From a virus (taxonomy: Duplodnaviria > Caudoviricetes): DNA of 64,000 nucleotides. Location: positions 13,667-77,666 of the IMG/VR virus record IMGVR_UViG_2654588144_000016. The stretch is one strand, 5' to 3'. Below, piece by piece: positions 1 to 10,046 of the stretch (positions within the stretch are counted from its first letter, which is position 1; each line of letters starts with the position of its first letter). Under the pieces are notes generated by a model. It did no database searches and was not told where the DNA came from. It saw only the letters and a program-made list of their open reading frames with translations. Both the position numbers and the translations under genes were made by a program.

Positions 1-1
1 C

Positions 2-247
2 GCCAATTACTGTAGGATTCTCCTGCATTGCTCTGCTTTGTGCTTTATAAACTGCCTCTCCAAGTTTATCGTAATCAATTATTCCTGCCAAAGAAGCACA
101 CAATTCTGCTGTATAATCCATGTTGATAGAACCAGTGTTAAAGCTTGGCAAGGATACCTGTGGTGCCATAGCATATTGATTTAATAAATCATTCCCCAGC
201 GAATAAGTAAAATCAGAACCAGGAAGGGCTATACTGTATCCGTTCAA
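2..247 (-). pseudogene. Orphan second copy of a tape-measure C-terminal segment (runs off the window edge)
   Basis: Open frame ...AELCASLAGIIDYDKLGEAV... matches TMP end AELKAALSDIIDYDKLGDVL (IIDYDKLG at 59-82 and 1507-1530). Confidence 0.7.
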
Positions 248-271
248 CTTCTTTTCAATAAAACTTAAACT

Positions 272-299
272 AAAAGCACCCGTTTTTCCAGGTGCTTTT
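272..299. terminator. Bidirectional intrinsic terminator
   Basis: AAAAGCACC...GGTGCTTTT hairpin after the lipoprotein gene. Confidence 0.75.
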
Positions 300-359
300 A
301 CTTAGTTCTGCTTATTGTTTCCTTTTTGCGTTCCGCAATACTATCCTTTGTTAATAATT

Positions 360-1130
360 TTATTTTCTTCCTGTTAAATAAAATTCTATTCTATCAAAAT
401 CCTCATATGCAGTAACCTGCTTTGATATTGTCTTTCCGGGTTTAATTTGGGAATCATCATCTGTAAAATATGTGCTTTCATATCCTACCAGTTCATTTTC
501 CTTAAAAAACAGTGCATACCCCTCAACAAATTCCGCTGAATCTTTCCCGTTATTTGTGACTTGGAAAACAGCTCCACCGTCAATATCGTTTTGAACAAAC
601 GACAAATCTTCGATTACTGATTTATAGTATTGGCTTGGTGATGTGTTTAACTCCATTTCATAGCGAGATATTTGTGCATTTGTTTCAAATGATTCATATA
701 ATACTGATGTACATCCAGCCCCAAGTGCATCAAGTTTTCCGTTTGCCGCTCCAACCATTGTGCCGTCCTCCGAATACGCCAATGATGAAGTGGAAATATC
801 AACCGTTTCGTTTGAGTTGTTTTTGACTATAATAAAATGCCGTGTATACCAGCCAATTCCATCTGGCAATGTATACTCCGCCAGAACTTCAACATTCTCA
901 TTTTGGCTTTCCTTAGTCTCCGAAGTTTCCTTACTTTCAGTTTCATCAGTTGATACTTTTTCTCCTTCATGTTGGATGTTATTAGAAACATCAGCCTCCA
1001 AAGATTCTAGCTTTTGCGTTAATGCATCCCTTTCGGCAACCACACTTTCATACAACTCCTGCGTTATCCCAGAATTACTACATCCGGTCAAAATCAGGCA
1101 TCCAATTAACATAACAGCTATTTTCCTCAT
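360..1130 (-). CDS. Lipoprotein moron, possible superinfection exclusion protein
   Basis: Signal peptide with lipobox LTGC, acidic linker, beta-rich domains, own promoter. Confidence 0.75.
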   Translation of the reverse strand: MRKIAVMLIGCLILTGCSNSGITQELYESVVAERDALTQKLESLEADVSNNIQHEGEKVSTDETESKETSETKESQNENVEVLAEYTLPDGIGWYTRHFIIVKNNSNETVDISTSSLAYSEDGTMVGAANGKLDALGAGCTSVLYESFETNAQISRYEMELNTSPSQYYKSVIEDLSFVQNDIDGGAVFQVTNNGKDSAEFVEGYALFFKENELVGYESTYFTDDDSQIKPGKTISKQVTAYEDFDRIEFYLTGRK

Positions 1131-1159
1131 GAAATCATCCCCCTTTGTAATATGCTTTC

Positions 1160-1188
1160 ATTATAGCATGAAGGGAGGGGAATGACAA
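1160..1188 (-). promoter_or_regulatory. Sigma70-type promoter of the lipoprotein gene
   Basis: TTGTCA-17 nt-TATAAT with TG extension. Confidence 0.75.
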
Positions 1189-1371
1189 TACAAAAGCCTA
1201 TGAACTCTGACCCTTTGAAATCGTTATACAAACCGAATAATGATATTTTTCCCACTTGTTCCATATTTCTTTTATGGTTAGTATATATTCATCCGGTTAA
1301 TAGATAATACCACCCTGATATCTCCTCGCCTTGATATTTTTATAATAACACAAAGCGAGGAGATGATTTAA

Positions 1372-4300
1372 TTAAACAATTGGAACCGGAGAGCGCCCTG
1401 TTCTCTTTACTTCCTGCCGCCACTTTTCTTTTGTATTATTGTATGCCTTATTGGAATCAAGTTCAGCTGTTATATTTGCCCTCTCCAACTTAGCAACTAG
1501 TACATCCCCTAGTTTATCATAATCAATAATGTCAGATAAAGCCGCTTTAAGTTCAGCCGATATATCCGCTTTGAAGTTTGAGTGTCCAATGTCAAATGCC
1601 ATACTTGTTCTTGTATCAACCTGGTTGAAAATATCTCTGTTAATTCTTACGCTAGTGTCTATCATCGGAATAGGTATAGTATTGGATGTCAAACCGTTTA
1701 CAAAGTCATCAACTTTCGATTGAACCATGCCGAATTTATTGACAATACCATTCATTAGGCCTACTGTAAAATAATCACCAATCTGGAATGCCTTTTTGGA
1801 TGGAGAATGCTCATCAAATCCGGCTTTGAATCCATCAATTACTCCACGACAAAAATCTCCAATTTTCGTTCCTAGCCAATTCGTTAAATTGAAAATTCCT
1901 TCCCAAAGTCCTTTTACCAAATTTTCTCCAACAGTTATAATTTTCTTTGGTAATTCTCCAAAAAATTCAATTACTTTATCTACAATTTTAGGCACTTCGG
2001 TCTGGAAGAAAGAAACTGTATTCTTTCCCCATTCAACAATTTTTTCTTTTATCTTTATGATAGTATCATATATCTTTCCAGGAAGTTCAGAAAACCATAT
2101 CACAACATTTGAAATCGTTTCATGAACCTTTTCATTAAATGCCGCCAGAACCTCACTTCCCCAAGCAGCAACTTTTGATACAGTTCCAGAAATTGCCGCA
2201 TAAATTCTTCCTGGCAATTCAGAAAACCACGTTGCGATACTTGAAATGATTTCCGGAATTTTCTGCTCCAAATACCCTACTAAATCAGCTCCCCATTTAG
2301 TTACTGTGCCAAGTGCATAACCAAGCGCATAGCCGATTTTCCCCGGCAACTGATTAAACCATTCTCCTATATCTGATACAACACCACCAATTTTCTCTGG
2401 AATCCCGCCTAAATAATCAAGAAGTGCATCCCACTTTTTAGAAGCTGTAGTCTTTACAAGTTCCCATACTTTCGAAAGTTTGTCTGGAATCCCTTCAAAA
2501 AACGGAACCACTATTCCAGACCACCACTCTGGCACAGTAACAGTCCAAAACTCTTTTATTTCATCCCAGTGCGTTACTGTATAAATCACTCCTGCAACCG
2601 CGGCGGCAGCGGCGGCTATAACAATTGCTCCGGCAGCGGCTACGCTGACTCCAAGAGTACCTGCAAGTGCAGTTATTCCACCAGTTATCATTGTTCCAAT
2701 AGACGATAATGCTCCCGTAATCGTTCCCGGAATTGTTACTGTGAAAAACGTTTTAATTGGCGTAAGAATCAAACTAGAAAGAACCGCTGGCAACGATGCT
2801 CCCGTCTCTGCCATCGTTGTAGTAATTGTGCTTACAATAAGGCTGCTCGGAAATGCCTTTGAGAGGACCTTTCCAATACCAGCAAAGGAAAGTCCTTTTG
2901 CCAAACTGGATAATATTGATTTTGATATGGCCGTTGCTGCCTGTTTTGCCAATGCACCGCTAAATAAGAGTTTCCCAAACTTTTTAACCGTAATTGACCC
3001 AATGATTATCCCAACCGTCTCTAGCTCGATATTACCCAAAAAGTCTTTAACCCCAGAGAAAATAGTTTTCCAATCAAGCCCTGAAATTGCAGTCTTTATG
3101 GTTGTCCAAATGCCCTGAACCCACACATTAATGCTTTTTGCAAGCAAGCTAAAATCGAATGTACCAAAAAACTCGTTTATCCCTGTTGAAATAGAAAGTC
3201 CAAAGTCCTTCCAATCAAAAGTAACACCGAAGGAATCCATGAAATGCAATGCTGTATTCAGACATCCGGCAATCGTGCCGCCAACTGAACCGAACAGTTC
3301 CGGTGAAATCAATCCATTTAAAAATTCTGCTAATCCATTACCAAAACCTTGTGCCACTGAATAGACAGACTCCCAGTTAATTGATTTCAAAGCTCCTGTT
3401 ATGCCATCACCAATGTATTGACCTATTCCGAAATAGTCTCCAGATTTGAACGCATTACAAATTTTATCGGCCATCTCCTGTGCGGAGTTTTCCATATTTG
3501 CAAATGCTGCGTCCCAAGCTGCCTGATACTCAGCAAACGCATCATTGAAAGCATCATCCAACAGGCCACCTGCACCACCGCCAGAACCACTTCCACCGCT
3601 ACCGGAATCTTTTTGCGAATTAACAACATTCAGGTTATCGAATTCTTGAAGGTTGTCTGCCATCTTCTTTGTGTTCTTTGCAGCATCACCGGTACTATCT
3701 GCAATACCGTCAGCAGCATCTTCCATATCCCCAAAATCCGTAGCCGCAGAACCAATCGAAGAACTAAAACCGCCTATCTTTATTCCCAACAAACCGCCTA
3801 TCCAAGAAAATAGCCTTTGTATAGCGATTACCAGCGCGTTTATGTATGGAAGGACTTTTGATACTATAGGCAGAAGCAAGTTACCTATTGTTCGTGCCAA
3901 ATTTGCAAAATTAGCCTGTAACAGGCGTAACTGGTTTGCTGGCTGTCCTATCGTATCAGCCATATCACCCCACGCATATTTAGTAGATTGGAGTAAAATA
4001 ATAGTCCGTAAAAGTGCCTTGTCCTGCTGTCCCAGTTTTGCAATTTTAGCATCTATACCTAACTCATATAATTTCTCTTGCAGATTCACATTACGAATAT
4101 TGACACCGTACTTATCCAATGTTCGGCTCATACCGACCATGCCAGATGCCATATCCTGCCATACATCCTCAAACTTAAGATTCTTTACGGAAGCTAAATC
4201 CGCTCCAATCATAGTAAGGGCATTGGATAACTTCAAAGCAGTTTCAGAAGCAACACCCATAGAGGATGCCATTTGACCAAAAGTAGCTTGATAATTCATA

Positions 4301-5676
4301 AGCTTTTCTGGGTCCAATCCAAGACTGGGCATTCCAGTTGCTATTAGATTCCCATATGCATCTGGTTGAAATCCTGTCATTTTACCTGTCAATGCTTTTG
4401 CTCTCTCACTGAAAGATTTAGCATAAGCTTCAGCAGACTCATAACCAGCTTTCTTCCACTCTCCTGCCGCATTCCCAGCGACCTGCCCCCATGCAGCGTC
4501 AAAATAATTCAATGTCTCAATATAATCCATGGATGATTCTGTGGCCTTCCACAATGCTTTGGCTCCACGAATCAGCAAGAAACACTTGGCATAGAACATA
4601 CCAATTTGGGAAACTAAACCTTTTGTAGCTTTGGTCGCTCTACTTGCGCTACTGGAATATAAGTTTAATCCTCGGTACATCGCCGTCGATGCACTGCTAA
4701 CCCTTGAACCATTTCCGGCCAGGTTAGCCAGAGCTGTTGTCATTTGTATAAGATTTTGGCTTACAGCTGGTGCATGGGATAATGTTGCCATTAATTGGGT
4801 CAATGCCGTACCAAGTGCCTGAATATTAGGAATCGCCGTTGTGGCCGCCTTGCCTCCCAGTTTAGTAATGGAAGAAACAAGATTAGCCAGACTGGTTGTA
4901 TCAAAGCTAAGTGAACCTATCCCATTCAAACCACTCACGAATCGCAATATCTGGTCCTTTATCGGTTTCAGATTTGTTGCGGCTTGTGTTGCTTTTGCAC
5001 CACCTAATCTGGTAATATTGCTCACAAGATTATTAAGCCCAGCAAAATCGAACGCGACACTTCCAACAGTATTCATACTCGTAATGAATCCCCTTAAAGC
5101 TGTGGAAATCTGAGGAAGATTCTTGACCGACTGCGTAGCATTTGTGCTCCCAAGTCGGCTCACGCTATTTACCAGCGATACTAGTCCATTCGCATCAAAA
5201 GTTAAACTTCCGGCACCATTCATTCCAGTAATAAAATCTTTCATACTGGTTTTCAGAAACTCCAAATTCTGCGTCGCCTCTGTCACTGTTGCCCGCCCTA
5301 GTTTGGATATGGCATTGGCTATGTTAGAAATCCCATCAGAATCCACATGAACATCATTAAGCCCCATCATATTAGCTGCAAATGTGGACATGGCCTGAGC
5401 TGTCGCTGCAACTCCCTGGGCATCTACTGTTGCCAGTTTATTCATTCCAGTAGCAACTCTACTAAAATCTGCCGTCTTTGTTCTGTTATTAAAATTCTGA
5501 ATGGACGCCGATATCTGATTAATTCCGGAAGCAATATTACTTACATTGGACATTTCAAGACCAGTAATTGTGGACTGGAATTTCATCATTTTTGCAATGA
5601 ACTTATCCAATTTCGCATCTGCGCTCTGCGTACTAGCGTCTATTTGGACTTTTAAATCATCAATTACATCTGACAT
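1372..5676 (-). CDS. Tail tape measure protein
   Basis: ~1430 aa, Ala/Gly-rich with W/F-periodic repeats, follows tail chaperones; start moved to ATG 5676 with AGGTAGGTG RBS. Confidence 0.92.
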   Translation of the reverse strand: MSDVIDDLKVQIDASTQSADAKLDKFIAKMMKFQSTITGLEMSNVSNIASGINQISASIQNFNNRTKTADFSRVATGMNKLATVDAQGVAATAQAMSTFAANMMGLNDVHVDSDGISNIANAISKLGRATVTEATQNLEFLKTSMKDFITGMNGAGSLTFDANGLVSLVNSVSRLGSTNATQSVKNLPQISTALRGFITSMNTVGSVAFDFAGLNNLVSNITRLGGAKATQAATNLKPIKDQILRFVSGLNGIGSLSFDTTSLANLVSSITKLGGKAATTAIPNIQALGTALTQLMATLSHAPAVSQNLIQMTTALANLAGNGSRVSSASTAMYRGLNLYSSSASRATKATKGLVSQIGMFYAKCFLLIRGAKALWKATESSMDYIETLNYFDAAWGQVAGNAAGEWKKAGYESAEAYAKSFSERAKALTGKMTGFQPDAYGNLIATGMPSLGLDPEKLMNYQATFGQMASSMGVASETALKLSNALTMIGADLASVKNLKFEDVWQDMASGMVGMSRTLDKYGVNIRNVNLQEKLYELGIDAKIAKLGQQDKALLRTIILLQSTKYAWGDMADTIGQPANQLRLLQANFANLARTIGNLLLPIVSKVLPYINALVIAIQRLFSWIGGLLGIKIGGFSSSIGSAATDFGDMEDAADGIADSTGDAAKNTKKMADNLQEFDNLNVVNSQKDSGSGGSGSGGGAGGLLDDAFNDAFAEYQAAWDAAFANMENSAQEMADKICNAFKSGDYFGIGQYIGDGITGALKSINWESVYSVAQGFGNGLAEFLNGLISPELFGSVGGTIAGCLNTALHFMDSFGVTFDWKDFGLSISTGINEFFGTFDFSLLAKSINVWVQGIWTTIKTAISGLDWKTIFSGVKDFLGNIELETVGIIIGSITVKKFGKLLFSGALAKQAATAISKSILSSLAKGLSFAGIGKVLSKAFPSSLIVSTITTTMAETGASLPAVLSSLILTPIKTFFTVTIPGTITGALSSIGTMITGGITALAGTLGVSVAAAGAIVIAAAAAAVAGVIYTVTHWDEIKEFWTVTVPEWWSGIVVPFFEGIPDKLSKVWELVKTTASKKWDALLDYLGGIPEKIGGVVSDIGEWFNQLPGKIGYALGYALGTVTKWGADLVGYLEQKIPEIISSIATWFSELPGRIYAAISGTVSKVAAWGSEVLAAFNEKVHETISNVVIWFSELPGKIYDTIIKIKEKIVEWGKNTVSFFQTEVPKIVDKVIEFFGELPKKIITVGENLVKGLWEGIFNLTNWLGTKIGDFCRGVIDGFKAGFDEHSPSKKAFQIGDYFTVGLMNGIVNKFGMVQSKVDDFVNGLTSNTIPIPMIDTSVRINRDIFNQVDTRTSMAFDIGHSNFKADISAELKAALSDIIDYDKLGDVLVAKLERANITAELDSNKAYNNTKEKWRQEVKRTGRSPVPIV

Positions 5677-5787
5677 GATTTCACCTACCTTTTCTGCATA
5701 TAAAAAAAGGCGGGTAACTGCTTTAGTCACTCGCCCTATTGGTTTATAGAAACTATGTTGTTAAAATAGGCAAATAGGCTGTAACAC

Positions 5788-6315
5788 CTACATGCCCTCA
5801 TTTTTCTTTTTCACATCTTTCTCAAACGAATCCGCAAAACCAAGGAATTTTTGTAATTCTTTATCTTCTTCCTGCCGCCTTTCTTCTTCTGTCATAGGAA
5901 TTACCCGATATGGCTTTTCAGGGTATTTCCCTTTTCCTTTGCGTTTAACGAAAGGCATCATGTTACATACAGTTGCATCTAATGCCGCCATAACAAGTTG
6001 ACCCATCATCCACATTTCATCACTTCGCTCTTGCTGTTTCTGTCCATATGCTTTAATAAACGGAATCAGTTTTGTTGGATTGAGGTGCCAGAACAATTCA
6101 TAAGGGACACCTATTTTTAGCGCAAGCGGAAGATAATGCTCCCAAATTATTTTGTGGAAGTTGACTTCCTCTTTCGGTCTGTCGGAACTTTCGGTAATGT
6201 GGACTGTTCTGTCTCCTTTTCTGCTTCCTTTATCGCCTTCTCCATGGCCTCTGACATTTCCTTCAGATACTTGTCCAGGCCGGTAAGTTTGAAAAAACCA
6301 TCTTCCTCCATACAT
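5788..6315 (-). CDS. Tail assembly chaperone extension (gpT-like, -1 frame)
   Basis: Overlaps upstream chaperone in the -1 frame, lies just before TMP. Confidence 0.7.
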   Translation of the reverse strand: MYGGRWFFQTYRPGQVSEGNVRGHGEGDKGSRKGDRTVHITESSDRPKEEVNFHKIIWEHYLPLALKIGVPYELFWHLNPTKLIPFIKAYGQKQQERSDEMWMMGQLVMAALDATVCNMMPFVKRKGKGKYPEKPYRVIPMTEEERRQEEDKELQKFLGFADSFEKDVKKKNEGM

Positions 6316-6677
6316 CCTTTCAAGAACTCATACATTCCCAGAAATGATGCGCGGTCATCATCCGGATTTTCCTTTACAAACTGCTTAAACAACTGCTTTG
6401 CTGCTTTTTCATCTTTAACAGGATTATTTTCCAGAAGGCCCGCATAAAAGCAAGTAATGGACAGAGACGCCATATCGGAAATCATATCAGCTGTTCCGTC
6501 CATCATGGCCACCGCCATTTCAGCCTTTCCCTCTTTTCCAGTGATTCCACGCTTCATAATGTAGCCTCCAGAAACCACTTTAAAAACTTTGTCCACACAA
6601 GCCTTATATTCTGCCGCATCAAAGGCAAATTCAATTTGATATTCCTTGCCACCAATCGTCAAAATTCTCATGTTCAT
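6147..6677 (-). CDS. Tail assembly chaperone (gpG-like)
   Basis: Between major tail and TMP; contains slippery T TTT TTC. Confidence 0.8.
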   Translation of the reverse strand: MNMRILTIGGKEYQIEFAFDAAEYKACVDKVFKVVSGGYIMKRGITGKEGKAEMAVAMMDGTADMISDMASLSITCFYAGLLENNPVKDEKAAKQLFKQFVKENPDDDRASFLGMYEFLKGCMEEDGFFKLTGLDKYLKEMSEAMEKAIKEAEKETEQSTLPKVPTDRKRKSTSTK

Positions 6678-6694
6678 TTACCTCCCAGTTTTCT

Positions 6695-7189
6695 TTATGA
6701 CCCAATCTGTTCCTTTGGTGTAGGCTTAATTGGCTCTGCCCACCCAATTTCCCCAGTTGGTGTTACCGATACCGTGGTGTCCCAGGCACTATCCACATCA
6801 GTTGCGGACCATCCTAGACTTGATGGAGTACAGGTAAAGAAAAATGCCTCAGTCAATCCAGGGTGGAAAAATTCCATCCACATGCGCTTCCCAGATGTTT
6901 TTGCACTTTCGTATTCGGTACAAATACCATTCCACATCTCTCGGAATCCATCAGACATTCCGAACGTAATCTCAATCGCTCCACCTGGGTCTTTCAGTCC
7001 ATCAATGTAACGCTTCCAAACTGTGTCGTTCAGAGACGTAACATCGTAAGTCGCTGTTTTCGGATTGAAATCAGGTATTGACTTTGGGTTTGGCAGGTCG
7101 ATAAACTTTGATGGTTTTTGGCCTGCCGTCCCTTCAATCCCATATCCAACCTTGATGCCTGCCGTAGAAAGGTCTATAAAATTACCCAT
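6695..7189 (-). CDS. Major tail tube protein
   Basis: YDVTSL...YIDGLKDPGG motif typical of lambda-like tail tube proteins; synteny. Confidence 0.85.
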   Translation of the reverse strand: MGNFIDLSTAGIKVGYGIEGTAGQKPSKFIDLPNPKSIPDFNPKTATYDVTSLNDTVWKRYIDGLKDPGGAIEITFGMSDGFREMWNGICTEYESAKTSGKRMWMEFFHPGLTEAFFFTCTPSSLGWSATDVDSAWDTTVSVTPTGEIGWAEPIKPTPKEQIGS

Positions 7190-7265
7190 GGTTCATATCC
7201 TCCTTAAAATTTGGAATAAAAAAAGAACCACACAGTTTCCTGCATGGCTCAAAGTTATTTAGTTG

Positions 7266-7649
7266 CTATATCACATCGCCCTCGCAATAGGTTCTTCGGA
7301 ACCTTGCTATCCAGCGATATGCTTCTGTTGTACTGGACCGTTCTATTTCAGTCGGACCGTAATTCATTGTAAATCCCATCTTCTGCATAAGGTCAGACGC
7401 CAGAAAGATTAGCTGCTTCGCTTTGGTACTTGAAGTAGAATCATAAATGGTAATCTCAAAAGCAGCTTGTATGGCGCATTGCTTATTCTGCAAGGAAGAA
7501 CTGGTTGTTGGCTCCCCCAATGTTTTCATGTACAAATACGGAAATGCCGATGGAGTGTCATTCTTAGTTGTACTGCTACCTTTCAGATATTTCTTCATCT
7601 GCTCGTTGTTTATCAGTCTGGAATAGACCAGTGAGGAAATGTCAAGCAT
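7266..7649 (-). CDS. Tail terminator/completion protein
   Basis: Synteny, size, FPY motif. Confidence 0.7.
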   Translation of the reverse strand: MLDISSLVYSRLINNEQMKKYLKGSSTTKNDTPSAFPYLYMKTLGEPTTSSSLQNKQCAIQAAFEITIYDSTSSTKAKQLIFLASDLMQKMGFTMNYGPTEIERSSTTEAYRWIARFRRTYCEGDVI

Positions 7650-8179
7650 TACGAGAACACCTCCTTTGCAATTGACGCTACCTGTTCACGGATAGCCACC
7701 GAAGCGCTATACATAGGCATCGTGGCTTTCACACCGTGAGTGTAATGCCACTTCTCATCTTCGCCCCAGTAATACCATCCATCTTCAAAAGCATGAATCT
7801 GTCCGGGGAAAGTTCCGATTCCATACCACATTTCCCCAGCTTTCGGATTGTCTGATGGATTGTAGAATACGCCCGCACCAAACTCAACGAGCAAAAGCGT
7901 ATTTACGGTGCCATAATCATTTGATTTTGTCTGTCCAGACGCAATCAGAATGGCTTTGCAGCCTGCCTTTGATGGTTCCATATCAATTCGCAAGGAGATT
8001 GTCTTACCCAGCGGAGATTCTCCGATTTTCGTCTGCGCCACGGTCAATCCAACTTCTGCCAACCGCTTACACAACAGTTCAGTCTTGCGGTGCAAGTCTT
8101 GTTTGTAGTCTTGAAGTTGGTCGATAATGCTCTGGATTCCCTTTGAGGACAGTTCTCCACGGATTATTCGTTTTCCCAT
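7649..8179 (-). CDS. HK97 gp10-like neck/tail completion protein
   Basis: LLVEFGAG and TxG-x-A-x-MPMY motifs; synteny. Confidence 0.7.
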   Translation of the reverse strand: MGKRIIRGELSSKGIQSIIDQLQDYKQDLHRKTELLCKRLAEVGLTVAQTKIGESPLGKTISLRIDMEPSKAGCKAILIASGQTKSNDYGTVNTLLLVEFGAGVFYNPSDNPKAGEMWYGIGTFPGQIHAFEDGWYYWGEDEKWHYTHGVKATMPMYSASVAIREQVASIAKEVFS

Positions 8180-8187
8180 ACAAACAC

Positions 8188-8502
8188 CTACTCAAGCAAC
8201 GGAGACAGCGGCATAACCTTGTCATAGGTTTTCTCGAATATATCCGGCTTGCATGGGTAAAGTTCTCCGTTTACGCCTTGAATGATATAATCTCCCACAC
8301 TGGCATGGTGAACACCCTCAAGGGTTTTAATAAACAGCTCTACGGGCGGCGAATCACAATCCATGCTGTCGTAATACATTACACCATCCTCAAAGGCCTT
8401 TACTGCCCATTCCGGCACATACCACTTGCCGTCTTTTCCTTTTAAATCCCCGTCGTACTGAAATGCTTCAATCTCAACGGGTTTTTTCCTATATTTAGCC
8501 AT
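8188..8502 (-). CDS. Conserved phage protein (KKPVEIEA...TLEG...GDYII family)
   Basis: Recognisable widespread phage family; function unknown. Confidence 0.75.
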   Translation of the reverse strand: MAKYRKKPVEIEAFQYDGDLKGKDGKWYVPEWAVKAFEDGVMYYDSMDCDSPPVELFIKTLEGVHHASVGDYIIQGVNGELYPCKPDIFEKTYDKVMPLSPLLE

Positions 8503-8764
8503 CGTTCCGTTCCTCCGTTTTCCAAGTCTCCTTTAAATGTTTCAAGACATCAATCAACTCGTCAATAGCTTTCTCGTTCTTGAATTCCAAAACACAAGGA
8601 ATCTTTCGTAAATCAACTCCGTCTTCTGCTATCGGTCGATAATCCAGTAGAACTGTTGGATATTGTTCTTCCTTCCCTTCTCTTGGCTCCAGCATAGCTA
8701 CGTAAATATCCTTATCAAAGGTCACTTTGCATTGGTCAAATCTATATGTCTCATGTTGAATCAT
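8495..8764 (-). CDS. Hypothetical protein
   Basis: Translationally coupled ORF with RBS. Confidence 0.65.
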   Translation of the reverse strand: MIQHETYRFDQCKVTFDKDIYVAMLEPREGKEEQYPTVLLDYRPIAEDGVDLRKIPCVLEFKNEKAIDELIDVLKHLKETWKTEERNDG

Positions 8765-9191
8765 TTTGCATTCCTCCCTCTGTCACTTTCCGAATCGCAT
8801 ACAAAACCGAATTCAAAGACTTTGCCACCTTAACAACCTTGAAATCGGGCTTATTGGTCAACTTTCCGTCTGCGCAAAATTCCGGCTTCTTATCCACGAA
8901 TAACACCGACAATTCATCAATCGGCAAATTCATGTCACAAGTGGCAATCGTTTTGTCATAAGCCAAATCAACGCCAAATGGGTCTGTATTTGCTTCCCCT
9001 CTGGCGGCTGATACGTTTGCCCGAAACTCCACAGGGTCAGCATAGCCAACAGTACAATCGCCAGTCAAAAGCGGTTCTCCGGTCACGGGGTCATAGATGA
9101 TGTTACCATCAAGGTCTGTCTCATAGACCGGAATGTGTTCTGAATAGAGCTGATACCACATCTTTTGCTTATTGCGTTTCAGTCCTCTCAT
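8751..9191 (-). CDS. Head closure/head-tail adaptor protein
   Basis: Start MRGLKRNKQ at 9191; synteny after connector. Confidence 0.7.
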   Translation of the reverse strand: MRGLKRNKQKMWYQLYSEHIPVYETDLDGNIIYDPVTGEPLLTGDCTVGYADPVEFRANVSAARGEANTDPFGVDLAYDKTIATCDMNLPIDELSVLFVDKKPEFCADGKLTNKPDFKVVKVAKSLNSVLYAIRKVTEGGMQNDST

Positions 9192-9207
9192 AGTGCCCAC
9201 CGCCTTA

Positions 9208-9693
9208 TCACTCAACCAGAACCCAATCCTCTGCCAGCATATCAGCCTGTGAAGCAAGCCATCCCATCTGCACTCCAGACGTTCCGACAAAGGCAATGGC
9301 TTTATTTCCGATTGCTTCATGCTCCACATTCACAGCGTTTCCATCTGCGTCAATATAGCTGATATTAGTCGCAAGCTGAATATATTGGTTCCTTCCATTC
9401 CAGCCTTTACGGGCAACACGCTCTCCTCTCTTCATACGAGATATTGCCTCGCCGAATGTAAAAGTGGACACGTCAAGTCCCGTAATGGAATCCCAGTCAA
9501 CAATTTCCCAGTCATCTGCCATCATGTGGTCGATATCAACAAAGATACACTCTGTTTCCATGAATGGAACTTTTGAACCGTCTTTGCAGTACATGACAAT
9601 CGTTTCATCTTCTTTGCGCCAGAAACCTTTCCATGATGGTCTTTTAATATCTGCGCCCTGTTTCAGTGCTTCATAAGCTTCTTTAAAAATCAT
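9208..9693 (-). CDS. DUF2829/Tad2-like protein with two tandem repeats
   Basis: FxEA...KxG..V/IxRxxWxG and DM(L/M)AxDW motifs each occur twice. Confidence 0.8.
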   Translation of the reverse strand: MIFKEAYEALKQGADIKRPSWKGFWRKEDETIVMYCKDGSKVPFMETECIFVDIDHMMADDWEIVDWDSITGLDVSTFTFGEAISRMKRGERVARKGWNGRNQYIQLATNISYIDADGNAVNVEHEAIGNKAIAFVGTSGVQMGWLASQADMLAEDWVLVE

Positions 9694-9733
9694 TCTTCTT
9701 TACCTCCACAAATTTCCTCATAATTTACTTTAA

Positions 9734-9892
9734 TCATTCTTTTCCCTTGAGTTCGTTCATTCTGTCCTGAATATATCCCTCAAGCACTGAAAATCCTTTT
9801 GGCGTGTCAAATCTTTTCCTTTTCAGTTCGGTTTTGATGGTATTGATTTCTTCTTTTACGCCCTGTAATTCAATCAATCCACCAGTTTTCAT
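9734..9892 (-). CDS. Small hypothetical protein (52 aa)
   Basis: MKTGGLIELQG... C-terminal part of the long ORF 9734-10258. Confidence 0.55.
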   Translation of the reverse strand: MKTGGLIELQGVKEEINTIKTELKRKRFDTPKGFSVLEGYIQDRMNELKGKE

Positions 9893-9933
9893 ATCATCGT
9901 TCACTTTTCCTCCATAACCTCCACAAAAGAAAA

Positions 9934-10002
9934 ATGCGCTTGCCCACCACCATTCACAGCGCACACCCTGCGTCCAGCCGGGGAGGTATCGACCGGACAC
10001 GC
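9934..10002 (-). other. Two-hairpin structured intergenic element
   Basis: Stems GTCCGGTCG/CGGCTGGAC and GTGCGCT/AGCGCAT. Confidence 0.5.
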
Positions 10003-10046
10003 TCCGTCTTTTAAAAGGAGAGTCAACTTTTGGAATTACATACGGT

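Noticed and set aside
1529-5749. Many plus-strand ORFs opposite the tape measure and other long genes
   Set aside because: Shadow ORFs from codon bias of the real minus-strand genes
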